From: Octopus sinensis
Lineage: Eukaryota
Assembly (NCBI RefSeq): GCF_006345805.1
Contig: NC_043007.1
Span: 58,032,001-58,096,000, forward strand
Direction of reading: 5' to 3'
Length of the DNA stretch: 64,000 nucleotides
A program made the position numbers and the translations under genes. Below are positions 48,710 to 61,810 of the stretch, in pieces. Position 1 is the stretch's first letter. Each line of letters opens with the position of its first letter. The notes beneath the pieces are model-generated. The model made no database searches, was not told where the DNA came from, and saw only the letters and a list, made by a program, of their open reading frames with translations.

Positions 48710-49046
48710 TTAAAACCCCGCTTCGGTCATGAATGATCATGGGATTGCACCTAGAAAGTTCCCCTCCTAGGCACAAGTCCGGTCAAGGTTGTTTATGGAA
48801 GATCAGCAGTCGTCCGTGCATACCAGCCTCCCCTCTTAACGCCATCGGTGTTAACCAGGGGAAAGGCAATGAATGATACAATTTGGCAGCAGTGACGTCA
48901 CAACTCATTTCTACAGCTGAGTGAACTGGGGCAACGTGAAATGAAGTGTCTTGCTCAAGAACACATCACACAGCCTGGTCCAGGGACCGAACTCACTACC
49001 TCATCATTGCGATCCCGACGCTCTTACTACTGAACCATGTGCTTTC
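48710..49046 (-). mobile_element. SINE family C variant with a different 3' part
   Basis: gagcaagacacttcatttcacgttgccccagttcactcagctgtagaaatgag core on the minus strand; degenerate tRNA head at 48985-49046. Confidence 0.75.
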
Positions 49047-49140
49047 TTGAATAAAAGATCAGTTGGTCACAACTTGACCGTTTTTGACGATCAAATTGCG
49101 ACCTTTTCATCTTTCATGTGCCTACAAGACTAGGTCTGAC

Positions 49141-49350
49141 TCGGTGCTTGGCACAAGGCCAGCAATTTCAGTGAAAGGTTTAAGTCGATTACACCGACCC
49201 CAGTATTCAAATAGTACTTAGTTTATTGACCTCGAAATGATAAAAGGCAAAGTCGACCACAGCGGGATTTGAACTCAGAACGTAAAGACAGACGAAATGG
49301 CGCTAAGCATTTCGTCCGGTCTGCTAATGATTCTGCCAACTCGCCGCCTT
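49141..49350 (-). mobile_element. SINE family B, full length
   Basis: Minus strand aaggcggcgagttggcagaatcattagc..gttctgagttcaaatccc..gtcgactttgccttttatc. Confidence 0.85.
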
Positions 49351-49368
49351 AAAGCCACTAGTAATAAT

Positions 49369-49500
49369 CCTTTCAACTGAAGGCACACGGCTTTGAAATT
49401 TTAAGGGAAGGGGACTAGTCGATTACATCGACCCCAGTGTTTCTCTGGTACTTCATTTATCTACCCCGAAAGGATGAAAGACGAAGTCGACCTCGGTGGA
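49369..49500 (-). mobile_element. 5'-truncated SINE family B with 18-bp TSD
   Basis: Flanked by aaagccactagtaataat (49351-49368) and aaagtcactagtaataat (49501-49518), 17/18 identical. Confidence 0.8.
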
Positions 49501-50849
49501 AAAGTCACTAGTAATAATGGCAGATATTCTGTGTGCTGTTGAAAATGCTAAAAATAGCAACCAAATTTCTGCCTCCTCACTTATGAAGCGGCACATTGAA
49601 CAATGTTGACCTCAAGAAAAAATAATAGTCCGGTCATCGCAGCAATAGCCTTTGACATTATGCTTGTCTGTTCCATGAAGGTTGACTTAGGGTTTAAACA
49701 ACGATATTAACTATGTTATATATTAATATAATGTAGTTCTGCATAGACTAAATCTGAATAAAAGATGGGGTAGATATCGTATGCCTTCTGAGAAGTAACA
49801 CGAGGCTCAATGGTGACAATAACAATGATAATGAACAACATTCAATTAGAGAATGTATACAAGCAACTGTGTTAACAAAACAACTCAATATTAGCCAATG
49901 ACAATAACAATGATATCAAGACTAACAACAACAATAATTCTAACGAAACCCACTACAATTTGATGAAGGCATCAAGAAACAAAAAAGAAAAACAAATATG
50001 AAGCCTTCAACCAATGTATAAAGAACTGGTGGAAGACATTTCAGTAGAAAGCCAAAATACAAAAAGAAAAAAAAGAAAAGAAAACGGTGGCATTCACCTA
50101 AAGATGAAGCCTATCGTAATCAAACGTTTTGGGGAAGACATAGGGCAGAGTTAACTTCTTAAATTTTCCTTTCTCACTTAGCTGGCTTTTCGTACATGTA
50201 GCTGCACGCACAATCAGTGTGTCTGTAGTATATTTTTCTCTGTCCCTCTCCTGCCCCTCTCTCTGAATCCCCCCGCTCCCTCTCTCTGTCTTTCTCTCTC
50301 TTTCTCTTTTTCTCTCTCTCTCTCTCTCTCTAATATATATGTGTGTGTGTGTGTGTATGTGTTTGTGTGTGTGTATGTATGTATAATATGTGTGCGTATG
50401 ATATATCTACGTTTCTAATGTATACGTGATGCTCAATATATATATTTTATTCATCTAGATATGTATGTGTATGCTAAGATAAGCATTAGCTGCTTTTTGT
50501 TTCATGCACGATTCTGTGTAACTGTGTGTGTGTGTGTGTGTATGTATTCTCAAATACAAACACATGTGTGTTTGCATTTATATCAATATATAGATGTCAT
50601 TGTACATTTGTTGGACCTCCTGCTTTTATCTTTTTTAGTTAAGGGTGAGTTAATGCTCTAAAACCTGAAGCCTAACCCGAATGCTTGCTACAAAGCAGAC
50701 TCCGATAAAGGATTGCCAGGTGATAATTTTAAATCCGTGTAAGCCATCGTGGAATTTGAACTCGGAACGCAGAATGCAGTAACAAATACAGCAGAACATC
50801 TAGTCCGATTTTCTTACATTTACGCCAGTCCACCGCCTTGGATCGGTAC

Positions 50850-52550
50850 AATTTTTCGTAATCCTATCAGAAAAAAAAGCAAAATTAGCATCAGCAGGTT
50901 GCGAAGGAAAGCATCTTGTTTTGTTCATCATCCTTTAAATCTTAAGAAGTTCTTCCAGATTTTTACAATCCTAGATAGTGTGGTCATTTGTAGTGTGCGA
51001 ATTAAAGAGTTGCGTTCTCTCCCCAAGACCCTAAATTCAGCCATATTTTGTTCGAGACCAGTAACAATAGGTATGAAGCTGGAAGTGTCGTATCACTGCA
51101 TTTTCATACACCTGATCAATGATGCATAGATGTCCTCTTTCTCTTGTAATTTTCTAACTACATTGGTGCTCAGAGGGCAGCTGATTTCTAGGACAAACCG
51201 TATCTTTTCTTGCGGTCCCACACACAGCATTTGACATGTGTTTTAACTTGATGGTTGTTTTAATTTTTAAGTTCCACCAATATCATTTTGACCCATCGGT
51301 TTCAATATAGTCAACATAGTCTGTAGCTGTTTCCTGTTGTGCTATCCTATTCCAGACTGTTCTGCCCTCTGTATCATACTTCATGGGAAAATATTATCTG
51401 GATGACATTCTCTTGCAGTTGGCAATAATGTCGTTGATGTCTTCAGTCTACATTTGTCAACTTTTTTCTATCTTTTATGCTGCAGGTAATTGGTGGGGAT
51501 CTTTTGTTTTTTAACTGCATGACAGGGTCCTTCGAAGTGGGATGTCATAAACTTGTCGGTACTCCATGCCAAGCTTTGAACATGATCAATTCCTTCTATG
51601 GTTTGTTTTTCGAGATCCGGTCCATTTCTTATTTTTTCTTTTAGCAAATATTTTACCAATGATCCTTGGGGAGACAACTGTATCAGCTCTTATTTCATGC
51701 CTCTCCGCAAGTTCATTAGCTATCCTAATTATGTCGTTGATTTCATGGTCACAAACTTAGGCGAGATAACTACTAGTCTCTTTCCTCTACTGAAGGTGTG
51801 GTTTCAGTGTTACAATAGGTGCTTAATATGACATTAATATCGACTTGAGACCACGGCCAACATCCTTGCGAGGGAAGTATAGCAAGTCTTCATCTCCATT
51901 GATGTTGAAGTTTTCTGTAACAATGAGTAGCTTGCAAGTTTGGACATTCATCTTATTGTATTCTTGTAGTGGCCATTTCCAAAAAGCCAATCGTAGACGT
52001 GAGGAAGGACACAGCAAAGGTGTTATGAGCAATATGCTTGTTGCATACTGGGAGTTGAGACGACCATATTTTCCTTACTCTCCTGAGATATTCATTCCTA
52101 GGCCTCTTCTTATTTGTGGGCCCATCGTATTTGATACTTTCATCCTGTCCAAGATAGCTACAATTGTCAATCTCCAACTATAATTGTCACCTGGCTGTAG
52201 AGGGTGCCCCGTCAAGCCGCTAGTTTTTAGATTTTTCAAGGGAGGGTACAACTTTTCCACGTTTTATCGACAAAGAGATACATTAGGACTCTCCAAATTT
52301 TATTCCTATGTTTGTATAAAATTGGGGAATGGGGTCCAGTGGTTTTTATTTGGTTCATATTTTGCCTATACTGTTTCAGGACATTGACAAAGAAAAGATG
52401 GGAGATACTTTCTATGGCCACTGTGTTTTGTAAGCAGGTATAATAGATGGGTTTAATGCCACGACGATGAACAATACTGATAGCCTATCACCCTGAAAGA
52501 TACCTTTTTGGAAGTGAATGCTATGCTACTCAATTTGCTCCTTATCACTC
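50850..52550 (-). mobile_element. Second, older R4/Dong-type LINE fragment
   Basis: KGIFQGDRLS (RT domain 4), ISHLFFVNVLKQY (degraded YxDD block), YLGQDE..KYDG..NEYLRRVRKIWSSQL..AHNTFAV, LYFPRKDVGRGL, SHFEG..AVKKQKIPTNYLQ; many frameshifts. Confidence 0.75.
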
Positions 52551-52577
52551 TTTTGTGTGTGCATGTATGTATGTATG

Positions 52578-52595
52578 TAATAAATAAAATATATG

Positions 52596-52626
<31 letters not shown>

Positions 52627-54090
52627 GTACGTACCTACATCTACATGTATATATACATGCATATATAACCATATATACGTGAGTACAGGACACCACAAAT
52701 AGACGTAGAACTCAACGAGAACGAAAACGTAAAAACAAGCATGGAACGAACCTTTTTTTTACAAAGAAAAAACAGAGTACTAGACAAACTACACAAGGAA
52801 AAATCCCCTTCATTAGCTGTCCCAAGTTCAATTCCAGTTTGTGACTATGTACTGTGTCTGTATGTATGGATGTGAGTCTCCATATGTACCTATCCGTCTG
52901 TGAGTCTATCTGTTTACATTCATATTCATTTATCTACATACATGTGCATATACATATATATACACACCCACATACACACAAATACATACATCTATCTACA
53001 TAACAGCCCACTAACTATTCTACTCTACCTGTGTAAACTGTGGGTATGGGGCTATGATATCTATTATGTATATTTCCTATTTAATACTGGGGATGTTTCA
53101 TTTATGAGGACTTACTCCTGTATTTGTCTGAGCGTTGGGTCCTTTGGGTGCTTAGATAAAATGCAGGATGTCAAGTTAACCCAGGCTGCCTCCATATTGG
53201 TCCTTGGTATGCTGGTAGAGTATGGATGACTGTTTTCTGTCGTCATATTGTCTCAAATGTTCATTTCGTCCTTCCCCAATGCCCCTAGATATCTCTCATA
53301 TGTATGTCATGGTTATGTCTTTACAAGCACCTTCTATGAGCCTTATGCTGTAGATTACATTTCTAGTTTTACATTTAATGCTAGGGTTAATCCTACATAC
53401 CATGCAGTTATCATTGCTGCATATGGTATTCTCAAAGGAGTAAGTCCTACATAGCGGTGATCTGATAGAGTTCCCTGGCTTTTCAACGATCTTAATATTG
53501 AGTTTGCCCGTCTTCAGAGCTTTCCTAAATCTACTGGCTAGTTCTCCATCGGCTGTGGCCTCTACAAACATCACTCCTTGATATTTGTCGGTTTTGTATC
53601 ACGTGTTCACCCAGTTTGCTTTGTTGCAAGCTCTTTGTATTCTATTCCAGTTTTTACTTTTATAAGGGCAGGTACCACTGGTTTCATTGCATATAATGTT
53701 ATCAAACTTTTTTATAGCACCCCTGTATACCCGAACCCTATCTTTCTCATTATATCCAGAGAATTGCATGCGGTGCAAGAAGTTCTGTACATGTTTTTTC
53801 GTGTCATAGGGTTTACATAGTGAGGGCACGTTGTTCATTATTCTAACTAAGTCTGCTATCAGTATGTTAATTTTCCTGTTGTGTGACAAAACTGAGATCT
53901 TGTGAACAATATATTTCGAAGCTATTGGTTTCATGTAATAAAAGTGAAGTCTCTAACCAAAGTTCAGTATCAAGGACGGGGAGTCTATTGTTGAGGTGTC
54001 AAGTGGGGTAATCTATAGTTACCTTGATTTTTTGGTGGATGGAGTTAGCTACTCGCTGTATGCTCTCCATATGTTCCTCTCAATTTCTAC
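52578..54090 (-). mobile_element. Penelope-like element (Cys-linker type): RT C-terminal part, GIY-YIG endonuclease and 3' terminal repeat
   Basis: RVANSIHQKIKVTIDYP..RLPVLD..KPIAS..RMQFSGY..FVEATADGELA..CSNDNCMVC..CKTRNVIY..TYI*E.SR.IGE..EHL..DPTLRQI..LN (GIY-YIG blocks). The 3' noncoding part matches 21050-22154. Confidence 0.85.
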
Positions 54091-54092
54091 AT

Positions 54093-54645
54093 TACTGTTT
54101 ATATTTATATACAGGTAGACTAGTTTTGGGGCTGTTATGTAAGTGCAGGTATGTGTGTGTGTATGTATATGTACACATATATGTACATGCACATGTATGT
54201 AGGTAAATGGATATGAATGTAAACAGATAGACATACAGACGGATAGGTACATAGGTAATGTGAACAGACAAGCACACATACACACATACATACGCAAATG
54301 AAGACTGAAACAAATGACCATATACACACACACACTTCACTTCACACAAGGACACATATGGAGACACACATCCATACATATATACATACGCACACACACA
54401 CATACATGCACACACACACATGCATGCATACACACACATGCATACATACATACATACATACATACATACATACATACATACATACATACATACATACATA
54501 CATGTGTATGCGTACACACACTGACCCACATGCGCACAAACAAACAAGAAGAACGCAACTAGGATAACGGACGGAGTCAACGACTATTGAAAAGGTTGCA
54601 AGATGCAACGAAAATTTTAGGAAAACAATAAGTGAATGAGCGTGT
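54093..54645 (+). mobile_element. Inverted copy of the PLE terminal repeat at the 5' truncation point
   Basis: Reverse complement of 52850-53050 (tacctatccgtctgt..tctatctgtttacattcatat..acataacagccc) and homologous to 21085-21800. Confidence 0.8.
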
Positions 54646-54733
54646 AATCGCCAGACACAACAAAATATGTTTCAACACACGAATCCACACCACATAAAGA
54701 ATCTTGCAAAACAAATCCCAAAATGAGGTGTGG

Positions 54734-54772
<39 letters not shown>

Positions 54773-55440
54773 TATATTATATATATATTATATATATAGT
54801 GTGTGTTGTGTGTGTGTGTGTGTGTGTGTGTGGGTGTGTGTATGTGTATGTGTGTGTGTGTGTGTGTGTATGTATGCATGTATGTATGTATGTATGCATG
54901 CATGTGTACTTATATACATACATGCATATATATGTATATACACTCATATATATATATATATATATATATAAAGATATAGATATATATATACATACACACA
55001 CATAAGCATATACATACATGTACCAATACAGAAATGGGTCAACGTTGTTTCTACTCGCTTCTTAAATATACGAACAGTATAACTTTGAAATGTGATTGGA
55101 TGCCTGAAAAACTGAATAACAAAACGGAAAGAAAACAACATGATTGAAGAGTAATTTCTCCTGGAAGGAAAGACAACAACACAGTCGTCTTGGTGGTAAT
55201 AACATATAATTATGAAATCGTTGGAGGGAAATAACAAACAAACCAAAAAACGTAATTTAAGACAATTTAAATATGGACCGTTTAACACAAAAAATCGAAA
55301 GACAAATCATGCACCAACATTGTGTTTTCAGCTTAGAGATTGTATTTTAAAATAGTAAGTTACGGATAACTAGTTCACTGGGTTGCCTCAAATGGCCTGT
55401 TCTGCATACATTATCTGTCCCTCAGTGTTTCACTCACTTG

Positions 55441-55511
<71 letters not shown>

Positions 55512-55593
55512 TTCTCTCTCTCCCTCTCTTTATCTATCTGTCTGTCTATATCTTTATCTGTCTCTGTCTTTATCTCTCTCTCATTCTCTCTCT

Positions 55594-55599
<6 letters not shown>

Positions 55600-55666
<67 letters not shown>

Positions 55667-55674
55667 AATCTATC

Positions 55675-55749
<75 letters not shown>

Positions 55750-55760
55750 TTATCTATCTA
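55600..55760. repeat. (CTAT)n array within a (CT)n/(CTAT)n block
   Basis: Visible directly; source of the IYLS-repeat ORFs. Confidence 0.95.
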
Positions 55761-55982
55761 TTCTCTATCTTTATCTCTCTCATTCTGTCTGTCTCTCTCT
55801 GTTTCTCTCTCTTTCTGTATCTGTCATACTTACCCTTATCTTTAATTCATACGTGTGTGTGTGTGATACAGTGTGTGTGTGCGTGTGTTTGTGTGTGTAA
55901 GCGAAAGGGGTTTTCATAACCTTTACATGTATGAGAACACATGCCTAGAAAAGCGTGTTAAATGGCTCATAAATAGAAAGTG

Positions 55983-56236
55983 AAAGCCACATGGCTCAGT
56001 GGTTAGGGCGCTGGGCCTACAATCATGAGCCTGGGAAATTCCACACTGGGTTGTGTGTTGCAACCTTGAGCAAGTTACTATATTTCACGTTGCTCCAGTT
56101 CACTCAGCTTTAGAAATGAGTTGTGTTCTCACTGGTACCAAGTTCCGTCGTCAGCCTTGCCTTTCCCTAGAACAAAGGAGATTGACATGCATGGGCCATT
56201 GCCCAATGGTCATCGTAACCAATGGGGGAGTCTTTA
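55983..56236 (+). mobile_element. SINE family C variant, internally shortened
   Basis: atggctcagtggttagggcg (A box) and ccttgagcaagttactatatttcacgttgctccagttcactcagct core. Confidence 0.75.
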
Positions 56237-56300
<64 letters not shown>

Positions 56301-57094
56301 TGTACATTTAAACACAAAAGAGGTATCCATCTACCTGCACGCTAGAGAGGACAGTTAAATTCCAAATCACTATTGGGGATGAAATTTCGAATGGATTCAA
56401 AAGTAAAAACAATTACAATCTAACTCCTGGACCAATGGTTTCAGACATTTTTTAGCAAATAAAATAATTTGCTACGCGAAGTCTTCTTCAACAGGTATAT
56501 ATTATATGAATAATATATAGACTATTGACTAAATTTTTTACACGCTAGGCCACTGGTAATTGAAATTTCTAATATTTGAAATTACCCTATATATATATAT
56601 AATATATATACATACTAGCATAAACCTATCATCAAAACTGCGGACATTTCTATAAAAGTAGGGAGTTTATCTCCATCGTTCTACGATGAGGATTTAGTTA
56701 TCCAATAAGCTAAATTGTCAGCACGTGAAGTAATTGTATAGCGCCCAAGTATTCCACAAAAACTTAGACCATACCTTTTCTATTTCAAGTACAATCCAAT
56801 CCACCCACGAGTTTCTATATTGTTCTCATCGACTCACTTCCACTCATAAGATGGTCTATCTGTAGGTAATGACATTTGCCCAAGAGGCCACGCACGAATC
56901 CGAATCCAGACTCAGGTGTTTAGGTAGTAAAGTTCTTAACCATTCAGCCATACAGCATTTGCAGGACAGAAATTAAAGATTTCATGCAGTGAAATATACG
57001 AATACACACAAACACACGCACATATACATACATACACACACATACATATATACAAACATTACACGTAGGTAGATTAACTATATATCTATATATA

Positions 57095-57130
<36 letters not shown>

Positions 57131-57260
57131 TGATAAATCTCAGAGCGAGTTATAAACAGTAGCAGCAACACATGTGTCCTCCTGGGGCTACAAACTACAG
57201 TAGCATCCACCCTTAGGGGTTAGCCATATTCAAATGGCAAATATACGTCACGATATATAT

Positions 57261-57418
57261 ATATTCTTTTATTCTTTTATTCGTGTATCCACTCACAAGG
57301 CTTTGATCGGTCCGAGGCTATAGCAGAAGAAACCTGCCTAAGGTGCCAAGCAGTGGGACAGAACATGAAACCATGAGGTTGGTAAGCAAGCTACTATTCA
57401 TACAGCCACTTTTGCGTA
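57261..57418 (-). mobile_element. SINE family A with internal deletion (head joined to tail)
   Basis: ttcttttattcttttattc joined directly to atccactcacaaggctttg..ggtaagcaagctact..cagccac. Confidence 0.8.
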
Positions 57419-57954
57419 CATATATATATATATATATATCAACACACACATACTTACACACACACACACTTGTATATATATATATATATATATATATACA
57501 TACATATACATATATATATATGCTTGTGTATGTGTGTAGTTATGTTCATATGCCTATACATCTGTGAGTACGTAGGTGTGAGACTTGATAAAAAGAAACT
57601 AGTGTAGAAGTGTATCTAACTTACTCCTCCAAGCTGTAAGCCGGTGTCACAATATATATTTACATATTGTTTTGTTTTCTTTCTACACATGAAACTGTGC
57701 TGTAGTTTGGGGATGTTGAGAAATGGGTGTTAGAGGGGTGAAAGTGGCAATGACGTTTCTCGCGATTCGGTCGGTCTGGGCATGTATGGAGAGGTCTGTT
57801 CCATACTCGATTGATAAATAACAGCTGTTTGAAGTTATAGATATATAAAAAAAAAAAAAACAAAGGAAGACAATTTTTAATACCTTCGCTATTAAGAACT
57901 TATCGATAGGGATGGGTCTGAAAAACAAGTAGAGAAACAAATAATAGATAACTC

Positions 57955-57986
<32 letters not shown>

Positions 57987-58058
57987 TACACACATACACA
58001 CATACACACACACAGGTATACAGTCATATATACATTTACAAATATACGCATAGATGTG

Positions 58059-58154
<96 letters not shown>

Positions 58155-58287
58155 TGTATATGTATATATATACATATATACATATATATATATCTATATA
58201 TGTTTATGTATACATATGTATATATGTGTATATATATATATGTACATATACATATATATATATATGAATAATATATATATATAAATT

Positions 58288-58330
<43 letters not shown>

Positions 58331-59072
58331 TATATATATACATATTTATATGTGTGTATATATATGCATATATATGTGTATATATATACAAACTCATATA
58401 TATAAATTTACATATACTTACACATACATGCCTATATACGTAGATATATAAATATACATCTTTACATACACACACGCATTTATATCTGTGTGTGTGTGTC
58501 TCGGTGTATGTGTGCGTGTCTGTGTATGCGTGCGTGCGTATGCGTGTGTGTGTGCGTGCGTATGTGTGTGTGTGCGTGTGTGTGTGTGTGTGTGCGCGCG
58601 CGCGTGTGTGTGTATGTGTATGTGTGTGTGTGTGTGAGTGTGTGTCAGGTATGGGAAATAAAAAAAATAATATATATACAGACCGGAAGGCAATGGACAT
58701 GTAGATAAAACTAACACTCCACAACACCAATCAATATATCTGGTGGTCTAGCGGACATTTTTCGGTTTAAGGGGAAATAAGTCATATGTTTGTCATAAAT
58801 ATAACACTTGATCAGAAATTAGCCGCAATCTTTAAGATCTCAGTAACTCCACCAGCATGAATAGCGTCTAGCACCACTACCATCGCTATCACCGCTAACC
58901 ATCTATGCAAAAATCTTCCTATCCTTCATGCTTTCATTATATGTAACATATGCATGCATATACGTACACATGCGTGCAGATATATAGAGTTTAAGACTTA
59001 GGCATACGCGTACATCTGGCTATATGTTTGCCTGTATATGCGTGTGCGTGTGAATGAGATTATGTACACACA

Positions 59073-59130
<58 letters not shown>

Positions 59131-59452
59131 ACACACACCACACACACACACACACACACAATTCCTGAGCGTTATAGTAATACATCTGTTTGTTTTCTAC
59201 ACCACCTGTCTTCGTCTTTTGTTTTTTTTCGTGAATTCTCCCCCTACGTATGTATGTATGTATTTATATATATATATGTGTGTGTGTCTGTGTGTGTGTA
59301 TGTGTGTGTATGAGCGCGAGTATGTGTGAATGTATGCGTGTGTGTGTGCGTACATATATATGTATGTATGTACAAGAACACAAACACATATATACACACG
59401 TTTTTTACATAAAGGTAAATAGACAGATGAATACATAGATAGATGAACAGAA

Positions 59453-59483
<31 letters not shown>

Positions 59484-60754
59484 TTTAGATATACATGTAA
59501 AAGAAACACGTATACATAAATATGAAAATGTTTAGGTGCACAAAACTTTCTGCATGACACGCAAATATTGAAAGGTTTCGCGAGAAACATGCTCTGAAAA
59601 AGCCCAAAGGGTCACTTCGAATACCTCTGCTTCTCTATATCTGGCCCCTCCGGCTACCCATAATAGATGGTCCTTAACAACCTCCTTAACAGTTCGGTGT
59701 ATCGAATTTTTATTCTCGTTCATCAGTGTCGTCGCAACGGCTGTCGTTGGCATAGGTCGACGCGGAAGTTCATGGGGATGTTTGTAAATTTATTTTCCAA
59801 CGTCTCGGTTTGGTGATTTTAAAAGCGTGTAGTGTTTGTGCCAATATTTTTGGATGCCGGCAAGTATCAGAATTCATAGAGATGCTGTTCAAAATTTCTC
59901 ACAGCTTTACTTTTATTTTTGTTTTTATTTATTTATTTGAAGCAGCCTTACTTATAATTTCTTTTGTTGCTGTTGTTGATTCTGTAGTTGCTGTTTGCAG
60001 GTGAATGACGTCGTTTTGGAACTCGTCAGCTATTACTGATTTTGCTTGTTTGATAGTACTTTGGCTTTTCGTTGTACTATTGTGTTATTAAACTCACCAG
60101 CATTCTCTGAATCTAGTTGGCTTCGTAAAATTTCGAAAATATGGCGGACTTACGTGTGTAAAAATTTGAAAAATAGCGGCTTTTCAAATTTAAAAACCAA
60201 CAATACGGGTTCACAAATCTCGAGAATAGTTAGCTTTCCAATAGCCAAAACAACACAATTTTCCCACTACAACCTGTTAACGCTACAACAGGAATAACAA
60301 TAGCAATTTCAACAGTAACAAGAACAGCAACGTTGGCGAATATAACACATGAAAAGACATGTGAAAGCACCACTACCTCTACCACCACTACTCTCACCAC
60401 CACCAGTAGTACCGACCAAAACAAATCAATTATATCAACAACAATGAGCATGAGAAACAGAAAGGATGAAATTCAAACTGTCCATTCAACACACCTGAAA
60501 ATTCCACCTCCACTGCCACCGCCACTACACCAAAATAAAACGAAACAATTACACCGAGACCAGCAATTATAGCGTCGGCGGGTCTTCGGTACCGTACGCC
60601 AGGTAGAAGTATTATAATCATCACCTCGAGATTTTAAAAAAGAGAAAAGCATCCTAACAAGTTCTGCGTGGAAAGTGAAATTAAATAAACCACAATTCAT
60701 CGCACGAGAAACGAATTTCATAACTGTAGCTTATAAATCCATAGGACTAAATTG

Positions 60755-61280
60755 ATGGAAAACAGAGTAGGCTACTACACATCAGGTAATGGAAATGTGC
60801 CTCAGACCAACCGTACATTGCTAGGGGAAAATACAGCGCAGCAGAGGCGAGATCCCTAACAGAGAAATGAGTTGAGGGATCACTTCACAAAATCACTAAA
60901 GAGTGACTTACTGGCTCTCATTCCAATCTATCGTGAGCGTAGGGTATTAAGAATGAAAAGTCGATGTGTTACCCCAAAAGTAAACATCTACTGGTTGGAA
61001 GCAGCAGTCCTCTTCCACTTAGAGGACAAAACTAATATCGTACGGCTCCTGAGGCTTTAGCAAAAATTGGTCGAGTCATGGAATGGAAAGATGGATCCAA
61101 ACAAATGAAGGAAGTATAGAATTCATCCCGCACCTGATTAATTTTCCAGACACAAAACTGTATGTCGCCTTGAGAGTAAAAAGCCAAGAATTCACTTCTG
61201 TGGTGACACAAATCATATCAAGGTTTTCTGTCCATAGCAAAGAAGGTGAGACGGACGACAACGACATCCACCGGTAATTT
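60755..61280 (+). pseudogene. Degenerate LINE ORF1-like remnant with zinc knuckle
   Basis: LIPIYRERRVLRMKSRCVTPKVNIYWLEAAVL, IEFIPHLINFPDTKLYVAL and KPRIHFCGDTNHIKVFCP (61181-61234; CCHC with the first C lost) occur in the same order as the blocks in 40750-40157. Confidence 0.55.
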
Positions 61281-61394
61281 GATAAGATTATGTCATTTCG
61301 CCAAAGAATTGTGAAATCTTTCGAATCGATTTACTGAAACAACTGTATATTTTATAAAAATCAAACACGAATTATGTCTTCTGTGTTTCGTATT

Positions 61395-61448
<54 letters not shown>

Positions 61449-61716
61449 TGTGAATGTGAGTGTGTGTGTGTGTGTGTGTGTGTTTACATATATATGTATA
61501 CATGTGTAATATTTGTAACTCGTAAATTTATTTTGTACGGTATTTGGCATACCTTTCTTCGTTCTTGCACTCCGAATTCATGCTAGAGGTTAAAGGTGCA
61601 CACACATACACAAGCACACAAACACACACATACGCACACCACCACACCACACACACACGCATACCATCACTCTCAAATAAAGAGAGAGTAGAATAGATAG
61701 ATAGTGAGTAACAAAG

Positions 61717-61810
<94 letters not shown>

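Noticed and set aside
48382-48713. About 110-codon open frame in unique sequence
   Set aside because: No recognisable motif, start or splice signals; one such frame is plausible by chance in a window this size.
59532-59753. 73-aa minus-strand ORF MPTTAVATTLMNENK...
   Set aside because: Short and unrecognised, with no supporting splice or homology evidence.
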